Assembly: GCA_013374835.1 (NCBI GenBank) | Contig: CP055307.1 | Coordinates: forward strand, 279,315-343,314 | Direction of reading: 5' to 3' | Source: Candidatus Woesebacteria bacterium | GTDB lineage: Bacteria; Patescibacteriota; Microgenomatia; UBA8517 | Length of the DNA stretch: 64,000 bases | In this document: one piece after another, positions 27,815-37,651 of the stretch | How the letters are laid out: every line of letters starts with the position of its first letter | How positions within the stretch are numbered: the stretch's first letter is position 1 | Notes under the pieces: model-generated | What the model was told of the DNA's origin: nothing | Seen by the model: only the letters and a program-made list of their open reading frames with translations | The model's database searches: none | Translations under genes and position numbers: made by a program

Positions 27815-29212
27815 ATGTTAAAGACGAGAAACCCGATTGTAACTGTTTTGGGTCATGTGGATCATGGAAAGACTACGCTTCTTGATGCCATCAGAAAGAC
27901 AAATGTGGCTAATCGGGAAGCCGGAGGAATAACTCAGAGCATAGGAGCTTCAAAGGTTAATACTAAGCAGGGTGAGATAGTATTTATAGATACTCCTGGA
28001 CACGCCGCTTTTTCCGAGATGAGGCAACGGGGTGTGAAGATTGCCGATATAGCTCTTTTAGTCGTGGCATCGGATGATGGGGTTAAACCTCAAACGCAAG
28101 AAGCTTTAAGTTATATTAAAGAATCAAAAACGCCTTTTTTGGTTGTATTTACAAAAACTGATTTACCTACAAGCAATATTGAAAAATCTTTGGTTGAACT
28201 TGAGAAGTTGGGAGTATTTTTTGAGGGGCGAGGTGGAGATACTCCTTATATTTCTGTTTCAGCTAAAAGGCAAGAGGGTATTGAGGATCTTTTGGAACTT
28301 ATTAATTTGTTTGCGCAAGTAAATGAAATTAAAGGAGATCCCGATGGTGAGCTTGAAGGCGTTGTTATAGAGACTAGAAAGGATAAGCGTGGCCTTTTGG
28401 TTTTCGGTGTTATTAGAAACGGTACTTTAAGAAGAGGGGATGATATTGAATCTGGGGGTATACAAGCTAGAGTGAGAGGGCTTTTTGATGAGGGAAATAG
28501 GGCGGTTGAAAGAGCCGGTCCGTCTGATCCTGTTGCGATAATGGGTTTTTCTGTTTTACCAAGTGTGGGAAGCGAAATTAAAAAAGTTGATTTGATCGAC
28601 GAGAGGGAGAAGTATGTAGAAAATTTTAGCGGCAATGTCTTTGCTAAAGCTAAAGAGGAGCAAATAGCGGTGGTGATTAAAGCCAGCAGTGCAGGATGCC
28701 TTGAAGCAGTATTGGGAAGTTTGCCTGAGGACGTGATAGTTATTCGTGCCGATGTGGGTGAGATTAATGATGCCGATATTTTTTTTGCTAAAGCAGCTGG
28801 GGCAATGATATTCACTTTTGATGTAAAAGTGGGTTCTTTGGTAAAGAAGCTAGCTGAAACAGAAGGCGTTAAGATTGAGAGCTTTGAGATAATTTATGAG
28901 CTTATTAAGAGACTTGCTGAGATTGTTGATTCTAAAAAAAAGAAAATTTTGGGAAAGGGTGAGGTTCTTCAGGTTTTTCCTTATGAAAATAAAAAGGTTG
29001 CCGGAATTAAAGTTAAGGAGGGAAGAATTGCTTTAGGAGATACCGTCAAAATTTTAGAGGGTGAAAAACAGATTGGTATTGCCAAAATTATTTCTATGAG
29101 AAAACAAAAAGTCGAGGTGAAAGAGGTTTTTGTGGGTGAGGAGTGTGGATTAATATTTGTTCCACAGCTTGATTTTGATAGGGGAGATGTGATACTATCA
29201 TTAGGATCTTAA
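27815..29212 (+). CDS. infB: Translation initiation factor IF-2, minimal form (G domain to C2 only)
   Basis: [39 protein letters not shown]...DTPGH. Only 465 aa: the protein starts directly at the G domain. Confidence 0.85.
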   Translation: MLKTRNPIVTVLGHVDHGKTTLLDAIRKTNVANREAGGITQSIGASKVNTKQGEIVFIDTPGHAAFSEMRQRGVKIADIALLVVASDDGVKPQTQEALSYIKESKTPFLVVFTKTDLPTSNIEKSLVELEKLGVFFEGRGGDTPYISVSAKRQEGIEDLLELINLFAQVNEIKGDPDGELEGVVIETRKDKRGLLVFGVIRNGTLRRGDDIESGGIQARVRGLFDEGNRAVERAGPSDPVAIMGFSVLPSVGSEIKKVDLIDEREKYVENFSGNVFAKAKEEQIAVVIKASSAGCLEAVLGSLPEDVIVIRADVGEINDADIFFAKAAGAMIFTFDVKVGSLVKKLAETEGVKIESFEIIYELIKRLAEIVDSKKKKILGKGEVLQVFPYENKKVAGIKVKEGRIALGDTVKILEGEKQIGIAKIISMRKQKVEVKEVFVGEECGLIFVPQLDFDRGDVILSLGS

Positions 29213-29224
29213 TCCGATAGTAGT

Positions 29225-30085
29225 ATGGAAAATTCGTTTGGTAATTTTATTAAAAATTATAAATCAGCGCTGATTTTATTACCCCAGAATCCACAGCTTG
29301 ATTTTGTTGCCTCGGGGTTATCACTTTTTTTAGCCCTTAAAAAAGAGTACGAAGTTAATATATCTTGCTCAAGCCCTATGACGGTTACTTTTAATAGGCT
29401 TGTCGGTGTTGATAAGATTAGGGAAAGTTATGGAAACAAAAATTTGGTGATTAGTTTTGAAAACTATGATGCTACGGCAATAGAGCGTGTTTCGGCCGAT
29501 AGTGATGATGGTTTGTTTAGATTAACAGTAGTCACGAAAGAGAATTATGACCCACCGCTTGATGAGAATTTGAAAATTTCGTATTCAGGTGTGTCTTCTC
29601 AGCTTGTTATTTTGATAGGTGGGAGAGATCAGAAAGATTTTCCACAGATAACTTCTAGTGAGTTTGAGGGTGTAAAAATTGTACATATTGGAGTGACTGA
29701 AATTTCTCTACCCTCCTCTTTAGAGATAATTTCTTTTGCCAGGCCTTCTTCATCTGTATCGGAGCTTGTCGCCTTTTATATTAAAGAATTTACAGAATTT
29801 GATTCTGATATTGCCTCAAATTTGTTGATAGGGATTTATAGCGGAAGCAGAAACTTTACAAGTTCTAGAGTTAGCGTTGATACTTTTAAAATTAGTGGAG
29901 AGCTTTTAGGTGCTGGAGGCAGAATTCCTTCAACAAACGAACTCGCAAGGCGGCAAACGGGGTTTAACCCAGCTGATCTAAGGAGTGCTTTTTCTATGGA
30001 GAAACCTGATGTTGAGAGTACAAATCCACCTTCCGAGTGGATGCAAACTCCAAAGATTTATAAAGGAACTAAAAATATTTCTTAA
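29225..30085 (+). CDS. Hypothetical protein in the rbfA/truB position of the nusA-infB operon. Possibly a degenerate DHH/DHHA1-like fold.
   Basis: 286 aa. There is a weak resemblance to the NrnA-type N-terminus (ILLPQNPQLDFVASGLSLFLALKK) and a GGR in place of the DHHA1 GGGH motif, but no clear catalytic motifs. Confidence 0.3.
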   Translation: MENSFGNFIKNYKSALILLPQNPQLDFVASGLSLFLALKKEYEVNISCSSPMTVTFNRLVGVDKIRESYGNKNLVISFENYDATAIERVSADSDDGLFRLTVVTKENYDPPLDENLKISYSGVSSQLVILIGGRDQKDFPQITSSEFEGVKIVHIGVTEISLPSSLEIISFARPSSSVSELVAFYIKEFTEFDSDIASNLLIGIYSGSRNFTSSRVSVDTFKISGELLGAGGRIPSTNELARRQTGFNPADLRSAFSMEKPDVESTNPPSEWMQTPKIYKGTKNIS

Positions 30086-30105
30086 AAAGGTGAAGAAATT
30101 TGTGT

Positions 30106-30133
30106 TTGACAAGGGTTTTTTGTATGCTATTAT
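30106..30133 (+). promoter_or_regulatory. Sigma70-type promoter TTGACA-16-TATTAT for rpsO
   Basis: TTGACA at 30106-30111 and TATTAT at 30128-30133, about 60 nt upstream of the rpsO ATG. Confidence 0.55.
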
Positions 30134-30194
30134 AAGTTTCGCGGTGCATGACTGGGAGTTGGCATAAGACCTCATCTCGGCTTGGCATGACAAT

Positions 30195-30461
30195 ATGGCA
30201 TTAACTACTAAAGAAAAACAGATCATAATTAAAAAGTTTGCAAGAGAAAAGGGAGATACAGGATCTCCTGAGGTACAAATAGCCTTGTTGACAGAAAGAA
30301 TTAATAAACTTTCCGAACATCTTAAGCTACACAAGAAAGATTTTCACTCAAGACGCGGACTTTTAAGTATGGTTGCAAAGAGAAGGAGACTCTTGAGTTA
30401 TCTTCAAAAACGCGACGAAAATCGCTTTGTTGCTCTTAAGAAAATTTTGGGTCTGAAGTAA
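30195..30461 (+). CDS. rpsO: 30S ribosomal protein S15
   Basis: [57 protein letters not shown]. Confidence 0.95.
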   Translation: MALTTKEKQIIIKKFAREKGDTGSPEVQIALLTERINKLSEHLKLHKKDFHSRRGLLSMVAKRRRLLSYLQKRDENRFVALKKILGLK

Positions 30462-32705
30462 ATGGGCAAGAAAATAGAGAAGACAATTGAATTGGGGGGG
30501 AGAAAATTAACTCTTTCTACTGGATATTTAGCTGGACAGGCGGATTGTAGTGTTCTTGCTCAGTATGGTGAAACGGTGGTACTTGTGACTGTTACCAGTT
30601 CAGATTTGTTTGAAGACCGTGGCTATTTTCCATTGAGCGTTGAGTATCAAGAGAGGCTTTATGCGGGTGGTCGTATAAAGGGTAGCAGATGGGTAAAAAG
30701 GGAGGGTCGTCCTTCAGATGACGAAGTTTTGAAGGGAAGGCTTATTGATAGATCCATAAGACCATTATTCCCAAAGGATTACAAAAAGGAAGTACAAATT
30801 ACCGTTACTGTTTTATCGGTTGATTTGGAGAATGATCCAATCTATCCTGCTTCTATTGCTGTCTCAGCGGCTTTGGCGGCGTCGAAGCTTTATTGGATGG
30901 GACCTGTGGGAGTTGTTTCCGTTGGAGTAAAGGACAAGGCTTATTTTTTGAACCCGCGTGAATCGGAAAGGGCTTATTCGGATATGGATTTGGTAGTTGC
31001 GACGACGCGAGATTCGGTAGTAATGATTGAAGCCGGTGCGAATGAAGTATCTGAAAAGGACATTTTGGGTGGAATTGAGTTTGCACAAAAAGAACTAGTT
31101 CACATAATTAATTTTATTGAAGAATTTGCAAAAGCGGTAGGAAATAAAAAAGAAAAGGTCGAAAAAGCGTCTTATAACGTTTCTTTAGAGAATCAGATTA
31201 AGAAAATTGTTGAGAAGGACCTTGACTCTTTGATTTTGAGAATGTCTTTAAAGGAGGGTGAATTTGCCGATTTTTTGAATCTTCAACAAGCGGTTTTTGA
31301 GTCCGTTGGTGAAGAGAGTAAAAAAGAGGCTGCTGAAATTCTTGATTTATTGGTGAAGCGGAGAGTAAGGGAAATGATTCTATCAGGCAAAAGACCAGAC
31401 GGACGGAAATTGGATGAAATTAGAAAGCTATCTTCCGAGGTTGGTGTGCTTCCCAGAACTCACGGGTCTGCCATTTTTACAAGAGGAATGACACAGGTTC
31501 TTACTGTGACTACATTGGGTTCACCTTCTTTGGGACAACTTATTGAGTCTGCAGAGGGGGAAGAGGAGAAGCGTTATATACATCACTATTCAATGCCTCC
31601 TTATTCGACCGGTGAAATCGGTAGAATCGGTTCTCCGTCAAGACGAGAAATCGGTCATGGGGCTTTGGCCGAGCGCGCATTAGAGCCTGTTCTTCCACTT
31701 GAGTCTGAGTTTCCTTATGTTATACGTGTTGTATCCGAGGTTTTAAGCTCGAATGGATCTACCTCGATGGCTTCGGTGTGCGGGTCTACCTTGTCCCTTA
31801 TGGATGCGGGAGTACCTATTAAATCGCCGGTTTCGGGGATAGCTATGGGTCTTGTGATAAATAACGAGAAGGAATATTCGATAATTTCTGATATTGCTGG
31901 GATTGAGGACTTTAACGGTGATATGGATTTTAAGGTTGCTGGTACTAAGAATGGAATTACCGCTTTACAGTTAGATGTGAAGACGCTTAATTTAACTTTG
32001 CCAATATTATCTAAAGCAATGGAGCAGGCAAAACAGGGAAGAGCTTATATTTTAGAATCTATGCTTAAGACTATTTCGGAACCAAGAGCAAAGGTTTCTA
32101 CATATGCTCCAAAAATTAAAACTTTGAAGATTGATGTGGAGAAAATAGGTGAAGTAATAGGGCCAGGAGGAAGAGTTATAAAAAAGATAATTGCCGATAC
32201 GGGAGCGGAGGTTGAGGTAGAGGACGATGGGACTGTAAACATAACCGGCATGACGGATGAATCAGTTAACAGCGCCTTGGAAAAAATTGAGGGATTGACG
32301 AAGGATGTTGTTATAGGTGAGATATATAACGGTACAGTGAGAAGAATACAGCCTTTTGGCGTATTTGTGGAAATATTGCCTGGCAAGGAAGGGCTTGTAC
32401 GCATTGGCGATATGTCAACAGAATTTGTTAAAGAACCGTCGGATCTTGTAGATGTAAATGATAAAGTGGACGTTCGGGTAAAAGAAATTGATGACATGGG
32501 ACGAATTAATCTTTCGATGATACTTGATCCTTTAAAAGAAAAAAGCAATAACTCGCGGGGTAATAGAAACGACAGAAGTTTTGACAGACGAGATTTGGGT
32601 AGAAACAGGAGAAGCGGGGGAAGATCGACACAAAGATCCGGCCCTCATTTTCCAGCAAGTAGACTAGTTTCTTCTGATAATAAAAAAGGTGGCTTTAGAC
32701 GTTAA
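30462..32705 (+). CDS. pnp: Polynucleotide phosphorylase with a C-terminal Arg/Gly-rich tail
   Basis: Two RNase PH domains, then KH and S1 domains. Tail is RGNRNDRSFDRRDLGRNRRSGGRS. Confidence 0.9.
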   Translation: MGKKIEKTIELGGRKLTLSTGYLAGQADCSVLAQYGETVVLVTVTSSDLFEDRGYFPLSVEYQERLYAGGRIKGSRWVKREGRPSDDEVLKGRLIDRSIRPLFPKDYKKEVQITVTVLSVDLENDPIYPASIAVSAALAASKLYWMGPVGVVSVGVKDKAYFLNPRESERAYSDMDLVVATTRDSVVMIEAGANEVSEKDILGGIEFAQKELVHIINFIEEFAKAVGNKKEKVEKASYNVSLENQIKKIVEKDLDSLILRMSLKEGEFADFLNLQQAVFESVGEESKKEAAEILDLLVKRRVREMILSGKRPDGRKLDEIRKLSSEVGVLPRTHGSAIFTRGMTQVLTVTTLGSPSLGQLIESAEGEEEKRYIHHYSMPPYSTGEIGRIGSPSRREIGHGALAERALEPVLPLESEFPYVIRVVSEVLSSNGSTSMASVCGSTLSLMDAGVPIKSPVSGIAMGLVINNEKEYSIISDIAGIEDFNGDMDFKVAGTKNGITALQLDVKTLNLTLPILSKAMEQAKQGRAYILESMLKTISEPRAKVSTYAPKIKTLKIDVEKIGEVIGPGGRVIKKIIADTGAEVEVEDDGTVNITGMTDESVNSALEKIEGLTKDVVIGEIYNGTVRRIQPFGVFVEILPGKEGLVRIGDMSTEFVKEPSDLVDVNDKVDVRVKEIDDMGRINLSMILDPLKEKSNNSRGNRNDRSFDRRDLGRNRRSGGRSTQRSGPHFPASRLVSSDNKKGGFRR

Positions 32706-32725
32706 GAGAGTGTTATATTAGAAGT

Positions 32726-33766
32726 GTGGAAGGAAATGAATTAATTACTTCATTGGAAGAAAAAATAAAGGCAGGTGATATCCCTGAGGATTTAGCTGAA
32801 AGTGTTTTGGCAAGACTTGAGCAGTTGGCTAAATTAACGCAGTCCCCTACCTTTTTGCCGGAGCTAGACAGACTTAACAGATATGTTGATTGGATTACAG
32901 ATCTTCCTTGGAATAAGAAAACGGAGGATTCACTAGATTTATCCCATGCTTCTGAGATTATGAATAAGAATCATTATGGCTTAAACCAGCTTAAAGATCG
33001 CGTGCTTGAATACTTGGCTGTTATGAAATTAAAAAAGAAAAGTGGTCAAAATATTGCTCGTGCTCCGATTCTTTGTTTTGTAGGTCTTGTGGGGACAGGA
33101 AAGACAACTTTTGCTTATTCGGTGGCAGAAGCTTTGGGGAGGAAAATCGCGCGAATTCCTTTTGGCGGTATGGGAGACCCCCTTGACTTGAGGGGTCAGT
33201 CGAAGCTTCATCCCGAGGCTGAGCCTGGAAAGATAATAAAATCACTAAGATCTACCCAGAGCAAAAATTGTGTTATTCTTCTTGATGAGATTGATAGAGT
33301 AACAGATGAAGGCAGGGCTTCGATAATGGGAGTTTTGGTGGAACTTTTGGATCCTGAGCAAAATAACGCTTTTACGGATCACTATATTGACTATCCTTTT
33401 GATTTGAGTGAAACGATATTTATTGCCACTGCCAATAATACGACAAATATTGCTACTGCTGTTATGGATAGAATTGAGCCAATACAAATGCCTTCTTATG
33501 TTGATGAGGAAAAAATAGTAATCGGACGCGATTACATTTTGCCAAAAGCTCTTTCGGAATCCGGCATTTCTAATGATGTTATTGAGATAGATGACACTGT
33601 TTGGTCACAGTTTGTGAGGCCTTTGGGATACGATGCGGGTATAAGAACTCTTGAGAGGACAATTAAGGGAATGGTTAGAAAAATTGCCAGAATGATAGTA
33701 GAGGGCAGGGGAGAAAAGTTTAAGATTACCAAGGATAATGTAAAAGAGTATTTGCCCACTTGGTAA
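32726..33766 (+). CDS. Lon-like AAA+ ATPase module with no S16 protease domain
   Basis: Near-collinear match to the Lon segment that runs from just before the AAA+ domain to its end: YVDWITDLPWNKK...HYGLNQLKDRVLEYLAV...ILCFVGLVGTGKTT...ILLDEIDR...LLDPEQNNAFTDHY...IATANN...AGIRTLER. The ORF stops where the protease domain would begin; the next gene (rnj) starts 13 nt later. Confidence 0.7.
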   Translation: MEGNELITSLEEKIKAGDIPEDLAESVLARLEQLAKLTQSPTFLPELDRLNRYVDWITDLPWNKKTEDSLDLSHASEIMNKNHYGLNQLKDRVLEYLAVMKLKKKSGQNIARAPILCFVGLVGTGKTTFAYSVAEALGRKIARIPFGGMGDPLDLRGQSKLHPEAEPGKIIKSLRSTQSKNCVILLDEIDRVTDEGRASIMGVLVELLDPEQNNAFTDHYIDYPFDLSETIFIATANNTTNIATAVMDRIEPIQMPSYVDEEKIVIGRDYILPKALSESGISNDVIEIDDTVWSQFVRPLGYDAGIRTLERTIKGMVRKIARMIVEGRGEKFKITKDNVKEYLPTW

Positions 33767-33778
33767 AAGGAGTGAATA

Positions 33779-35434
33779 ATGGATAGATTAAAATTTATAG
33801 CGCTATCAGGGACTACTGCTGTTACCGAAAACTTTTATGTTTATGAGTATGGCGGTGATATGATTGTAATTGATTGTGGGGTAGGTTTTCCGGATCCTGA
33901 AATGTATGGGGTGGATTTGGTGATTCCTGATTTTTCCTACATTAAGGAGAATTCTTCAAAATTGAGAGGAATTGTTGTTACACACGGTCATGAGGACCAT
34001 TTTGGTGCATTGCCTTTTTTGTTGCGGGAGGTAAAAGCTCCGATTTACGCTTCGAAACTAACTGCTGGATTTATTAAAGATAAGCTTGCCGATTATAATA
34101 TAAAAGATTTCGAAATTAATGAGGTTGATCCTGAGAAAGATACCCCTTTAGAGTTTGGAGTTTTTAAACTTACTTCTTTTCGAGTTTCCCACTCGGTGCC
34201 AGATTCTATTGCTTTTTTTATAGAAACTCCTGTTGGGAATATACTTCATGTATCGGATTATAAATTTGACTGGACTCCTGTTGATAATAAGCCGTTTAAT
34301 GTAAATAAAGCCGCATATCTTTCATCAAAGGGTGTGATGTGCTTGATGTCGGATTGTTTGGGCTCGACAAGTCCTGGATATACTGAGAGTGAGAGAAGGA
34401 TTGAGGATCGGATTGAGGATATTGTTGAAAAAGCTGTTGGGAGAGTATTTTTTACCACAATTTCTTCGAATATTTCAAGGATGCAGCAGGCCATAAACGT
34501 TGCAAGTAGGTTAAATAGAAAGGTTTGTATGGTGGGAAGGTCTGTAGTTGCCAAGAGCGATATTGCTAAGAATTTGGGTTATTTGCACTACCCTAATGAT
34601 TTAATGATTAGTCCTAAAGAAATCGGGAAATTCGCTAAAGATCGCATGCTTTATATTATTTCTGGATCTTACGGACAGCCTGGGAGTGCTTTATATAGAA
34701 CCGCCATGGATGAGCATCAGTTTTTAAAGATAGAGGAGGGCGATACAGTGATATTTTCCGGTGACCCTGCTCCTCCAGGGTCAAAAGCAAATGTGGACTT
34801 TGTAGTTGATAGGCTTTTTGAGCTAAATGTGGATGTTCATTATTACGATATGCAGGAGGACCTTCATGTTTCCGGACATGGAAGTCAGCAGGATATTCAA
34901 ATGCTTTTTGGTATAGTTAAGCCAAAATATTTTGTACCGATTGGTGGAACAATTAGGCATATGAGAGCTTACAGGCGTTTGGCTGTTGATATGGGGGCGA
35001 AAGAAAGCGATGTTTTTGAGCTTCTTTCAGGGGATGTTATTGAATTTACCCAGAATGGAGCGCGTCTTGGTAAGCGAGTTTGGGTGAAGAATGTCCTTGT
35101 TGATGGGCTTGGTATTGGCGATGTTGGCAATGTCGTGCTTCGCGACAGAAGGATACTTTCGCAAGACGGGATAGTAGTGGCTATAGTTCAGATAGATAAA
35201 GCAAAGGAGAAGCTTTTTGTAAATCCAGAGATAATAAGCCGCGGTTTTGTTTTTGAAAAGCAGACTAAGAATTTTCTTAACGACGCTTCGAAATTATTGG
35301 CTAAAAAACTTTCTTTAGTAAGAGCACGGGATATAAGACAGATAAAAAATGAGACAGTTGAAATTTTGGAACAGTTTTTTTTCCGCGAGACTGGAAGAAG
35401 GCCAATGATACTTCCTGTTGTTATTGATATTTAA
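33779..35434 (+). CDS. rnj: Ribonuclease J
   Basis: Metallo-beta-lactamase motif VVTHGHEDHFGALPFLL, beta-CASP and a C-terminal domain. 551 aa. Confidence 0.85.
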   Translation: MDRLKFIALSGTTAVTENFYVYEYGGDMIVIDCGVGFPDPEMYGVDLVIPDFSYIKENSSKLRGIVVTHGHEDHFGALPFLLREVKAPIYASKLTAGFIKDKLADYNIKDFEINEVDPEKDTPLEFGVFKLTSFRVSHSVPDSIAFFIETPVGNILHVSDYKFDWTPVDNKPFNVNKAAYLSSKGVMCLMSDCLGSTSPGYTESERRIEDRIEDIVEKAVGRVFFTTISSNISRMQQAINVASRLNRKVCMVGRSVVAKSDIAKNLGYLHYPNDLMISPKEIGKFAKDRMLYIISGSYGQPGSALYRTAMDEHQFLKIEEGDTVIFSGDPAPPGSKANVDFVVDRLFELNVDVHYYDMQEDLHVSGHGSQQDIQMLFGIVKPKYFVPIGGTIRHMRAYRRLAVDMGAKESDVFELLSGDVIEFTQNGARLGKRVWVKNVLVDGLGIGDVGNVVLRDRRILSQDGIVVAIVQIDKAKEKLFVNPEIISRGFVFEKQTKNFLNDASKLLAKKLSLVRARDIRQIKNETVEILEQFFFRETGRRPMILPVVIDI

Positions 35435-35482
35435 TCCTTACTTTTAAGCTTTTAGACCCTGGTTTATAATGGTAGTTAGTAA

Positions 35483-37636
35483 ATGGCCAGAAGACGAAAG
35501 AGGAAAACCAAAAGCGAAAGAACAAAAGGCCTAAAATTAAGGCTGTCTTTTAAAAAACATACTGTTTTGGGGATTATCCAGATCAGCCTCATTTCATTAT
35601 CGGGTTTAGTTCTTTTGTCTTTTTCTAGGCAAGGAAACGTACTGGTAAGGCTTAATGATTATTTGGTTTTATATTTTGGTTGGTCTTCTATTTTTATACC
35701 TTTTATATTGTTGTCACTGGGTTTTTCTTTTACAAAGCTCGTAAGAGTACCTTTGGGTGAGCCAAATGTTATAGTCGGATCGATACTTTTTTTTGTTTCG
35801 GTTGCTACTTTGACTAGAGCAGGATTTTTTGGCCGGTCTTCGTGGGATGGTGTCGTAACTTTGATAACGGCACCGGGTGCAGCCGTTGTTTTAGCGGGGA
35901 CTTCATTGACCGGAATAATAATATTTTTTAATACTTCGTTTGATAGAGTTCTTCTTGTTTTTGCGGCGTTTCTTAAGCTTTTGAGGAAGTATTTGGTGGG
36001 TGAGCCCGGGACAGCTTCGGTTAGTAGTAAAAGTATTTTTCAGAGGCGAAGAAGTGAGTTAAGGGTTGTGGGTGGAGGGCGGAATTATAACCAGCAGGAT
36101 GAGAAATCTATTGATTCTATTCAGGCAAGGCAAGTTAAAGAAGAAGGAAGCGACGAGCTTAGCCAGAAGCTTGTTAGTAATATGCCTGGGGAAGAGAGAC
36201 TTTGGAGTTATCCACCATTGAGTTTGCTTAGCGATACTCAAGTGGGTAAGGCCGATAGGGGGGATATTAAAGGAAACGCGGATACAATAGAGGAGACTTT
36301 GGGATCTTTTGGAATAAAGGCTAATGTAGTAGAGGTAAATTTAGGGCCGGCAGTTACTCAGTATGCGTTGGAAGTGGCTTTGGGCACAAAGCTATCCAAA
36401 ATTACAGCTCTTGAGCGAGATTTGGCGCTTTCTTTGGCTGCTCCCACAGGGACGGTACGAATTGAGGCTCCGATACCCGGAAGAAATTTGGTGGGTATTG
36501 AACTTCCGAATAGATCGCCCGAGTTTGTTCCTATGAAAAAGATGTTGACTTCAAGCGCAATGGGTAGTGATAAGTCTAAGCTTACTGTTGCTTTGGGTCT
36601 TGATGTCGCCGGCAATCCTATAGCTGCCGATATTTCAAAAATGCCTCATGTTTTAATTGCTGGGCAGACGGGATCGGGAAAGAGTGTGTGTTTGAACGCA
36701 TTTTTGTCGTCCATTCTTTTTAGGGCATCTCCTAGTGAGGTTAAATTAATATTGGTCGATCCAAAGCGTGTTGAGCTTACAGGGTACAATGATATCCCAC
36801 ACATGCTTGCTCCTGTAATTGTTGAGCCCGAGAAGGTTGTTTCGGCGCTTCGTTGGATTTTGAGTGAAATGGATAGAAGGTATAAGCTTTTTGCTCAAGC
36901 CGGCGTGAGAAATATTGCTGGATATAATGAAATGAGCGGATTTCAGGCTCTTCCTTACATTGTTTTGGTTGTTGATGAGCTTGCTGATGTGATGCTTTTT
37001 TCTCCGGTTGAGGTAGAGGATTCTGTTACCAGGATCGCACAGATGAGCCGTGCTACCGGTATTCATATGGTTCTTGCTACACAGAGGCCTTCGGTTGATG
37101 TAATAACAGGACTTATAAAAGCTAATATTCCTTGTAGAATTGCTTTTGCTGTGTCGAGCCAGGTTGATTCAAGAGTTATTCTTGATACACAAGGAGCCGA
37201 AAAGCTTTTGGGACGGGGAGACATGCTTTATCTTGCTCCTGATCAGGCAAAGCCAATAAGAATACAGGGTGCTTTTATTTCTGATAAAGATACACAGGCA
37301 TTAACTTCTTTTTTGAAAAATCAAGGTGTTGGGCCGCAATATACAGATGAGGTGGTTTCGATGCCAAAACCGGGGTCAACGTCTATATCTGGTGTAAATG
37401 CGGATGTAGATGAGCTTTTTAAAGAAGCGGTTGAAATAGTTTGTCAGTATGAAAAAGCGTCTGCGTCTCTTCTTCAGCGAAGGCTTGCGATAGGCTACTC
37501 TAGGGCGGCCAGAATAATTGACCAGCTTCAAGAAGCGGGTGTTGTTGGTGCTGCGGATGCCTCTAAGCCAAGGGAAGTGCTTATTAAATCTCCTTCTGAG
37601 ATATTTGGCTCTTCTGGTGAATCCGGTATATCTTAA
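35483..37636 (+). CDS. ftsK: DNA translocase FtsK/SpoIIIE
   Basis: N-terminal transmembrane segments, linker, motor domain with LIAGQTGSGKSVCLN (Walker A) and VVDELAD, and a C-terminal gamma winged helix. Confidence 0.85.
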   Translation: MARRRKRKTKSERTKGLKLRLSFKKHTVLGIIQISLISLSGLVLLSFSRQGNVLVRLNDYLVLYFGWSSIFIPFILLSLGFSFTKLVRVPLGEPNVIVGSILFFVSVATLTRAGFFGRSSWDGVVTLITAPGAAVVLAGTSLTGIIIFFNTSFDRVLLVFAAFLKLLRKYLVGEPGTASVSSKSIFQRRRSELRVVGGGRNYNQQDEKSIDSIQARQVKEEGSDELSQKLVSNMPGEERLWSYPPLSLLSDTQVGKADRGDIKGNADTIEETLGSFGIKANVVEVNLGPAVTQYALEVALGTKLSKITALERDLALSLAAPTGTVRIEAPIPGRNLVGIELPNRSPEFVPMKKMLTSSAMGSDKSKLTVALGLDVAGNPIAADISKMPHVLIAGQTGSGKSVCLNAFLSSILFRASPSEVKLILVDPKRVELTGYNDIPHMLAPVIVEPEKVVSALRWILSEMDRRYKLFAQAGVRNIAGYNEMSGFQALPYIVLVVDELADVMLFSPVEVEDSVTRIAQMSRATGIHMVLATQRPSVDVITGLIKANIPCRIAFAVSSQVDSRVILDTQGAEKLLGRGDMLYLAPDQAKPIRIQGAFISDKDTQALTSFLKNQGVGPQYTDEVVSMPKPGSTSISGVNADVDELFKEAVEIVCQYEKASASLLQRRLAIGYSRAARIIDQLQEAGVVGAADASKPREVLIKSPSEIFGSSGESGIS

Positions 37637-37651
37637 AGGGCGGAATAAAAG

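Noticed and set aside
28246-28815. 189-aa minus-strand ORF inside infB, and similar ORFs inside pnp (32045-32548) and dnaK (23984-24445, 24896-25267)
   Set aside because: They are internal antisense ORFs within highly conserved genes. They have no start-site or domain support.
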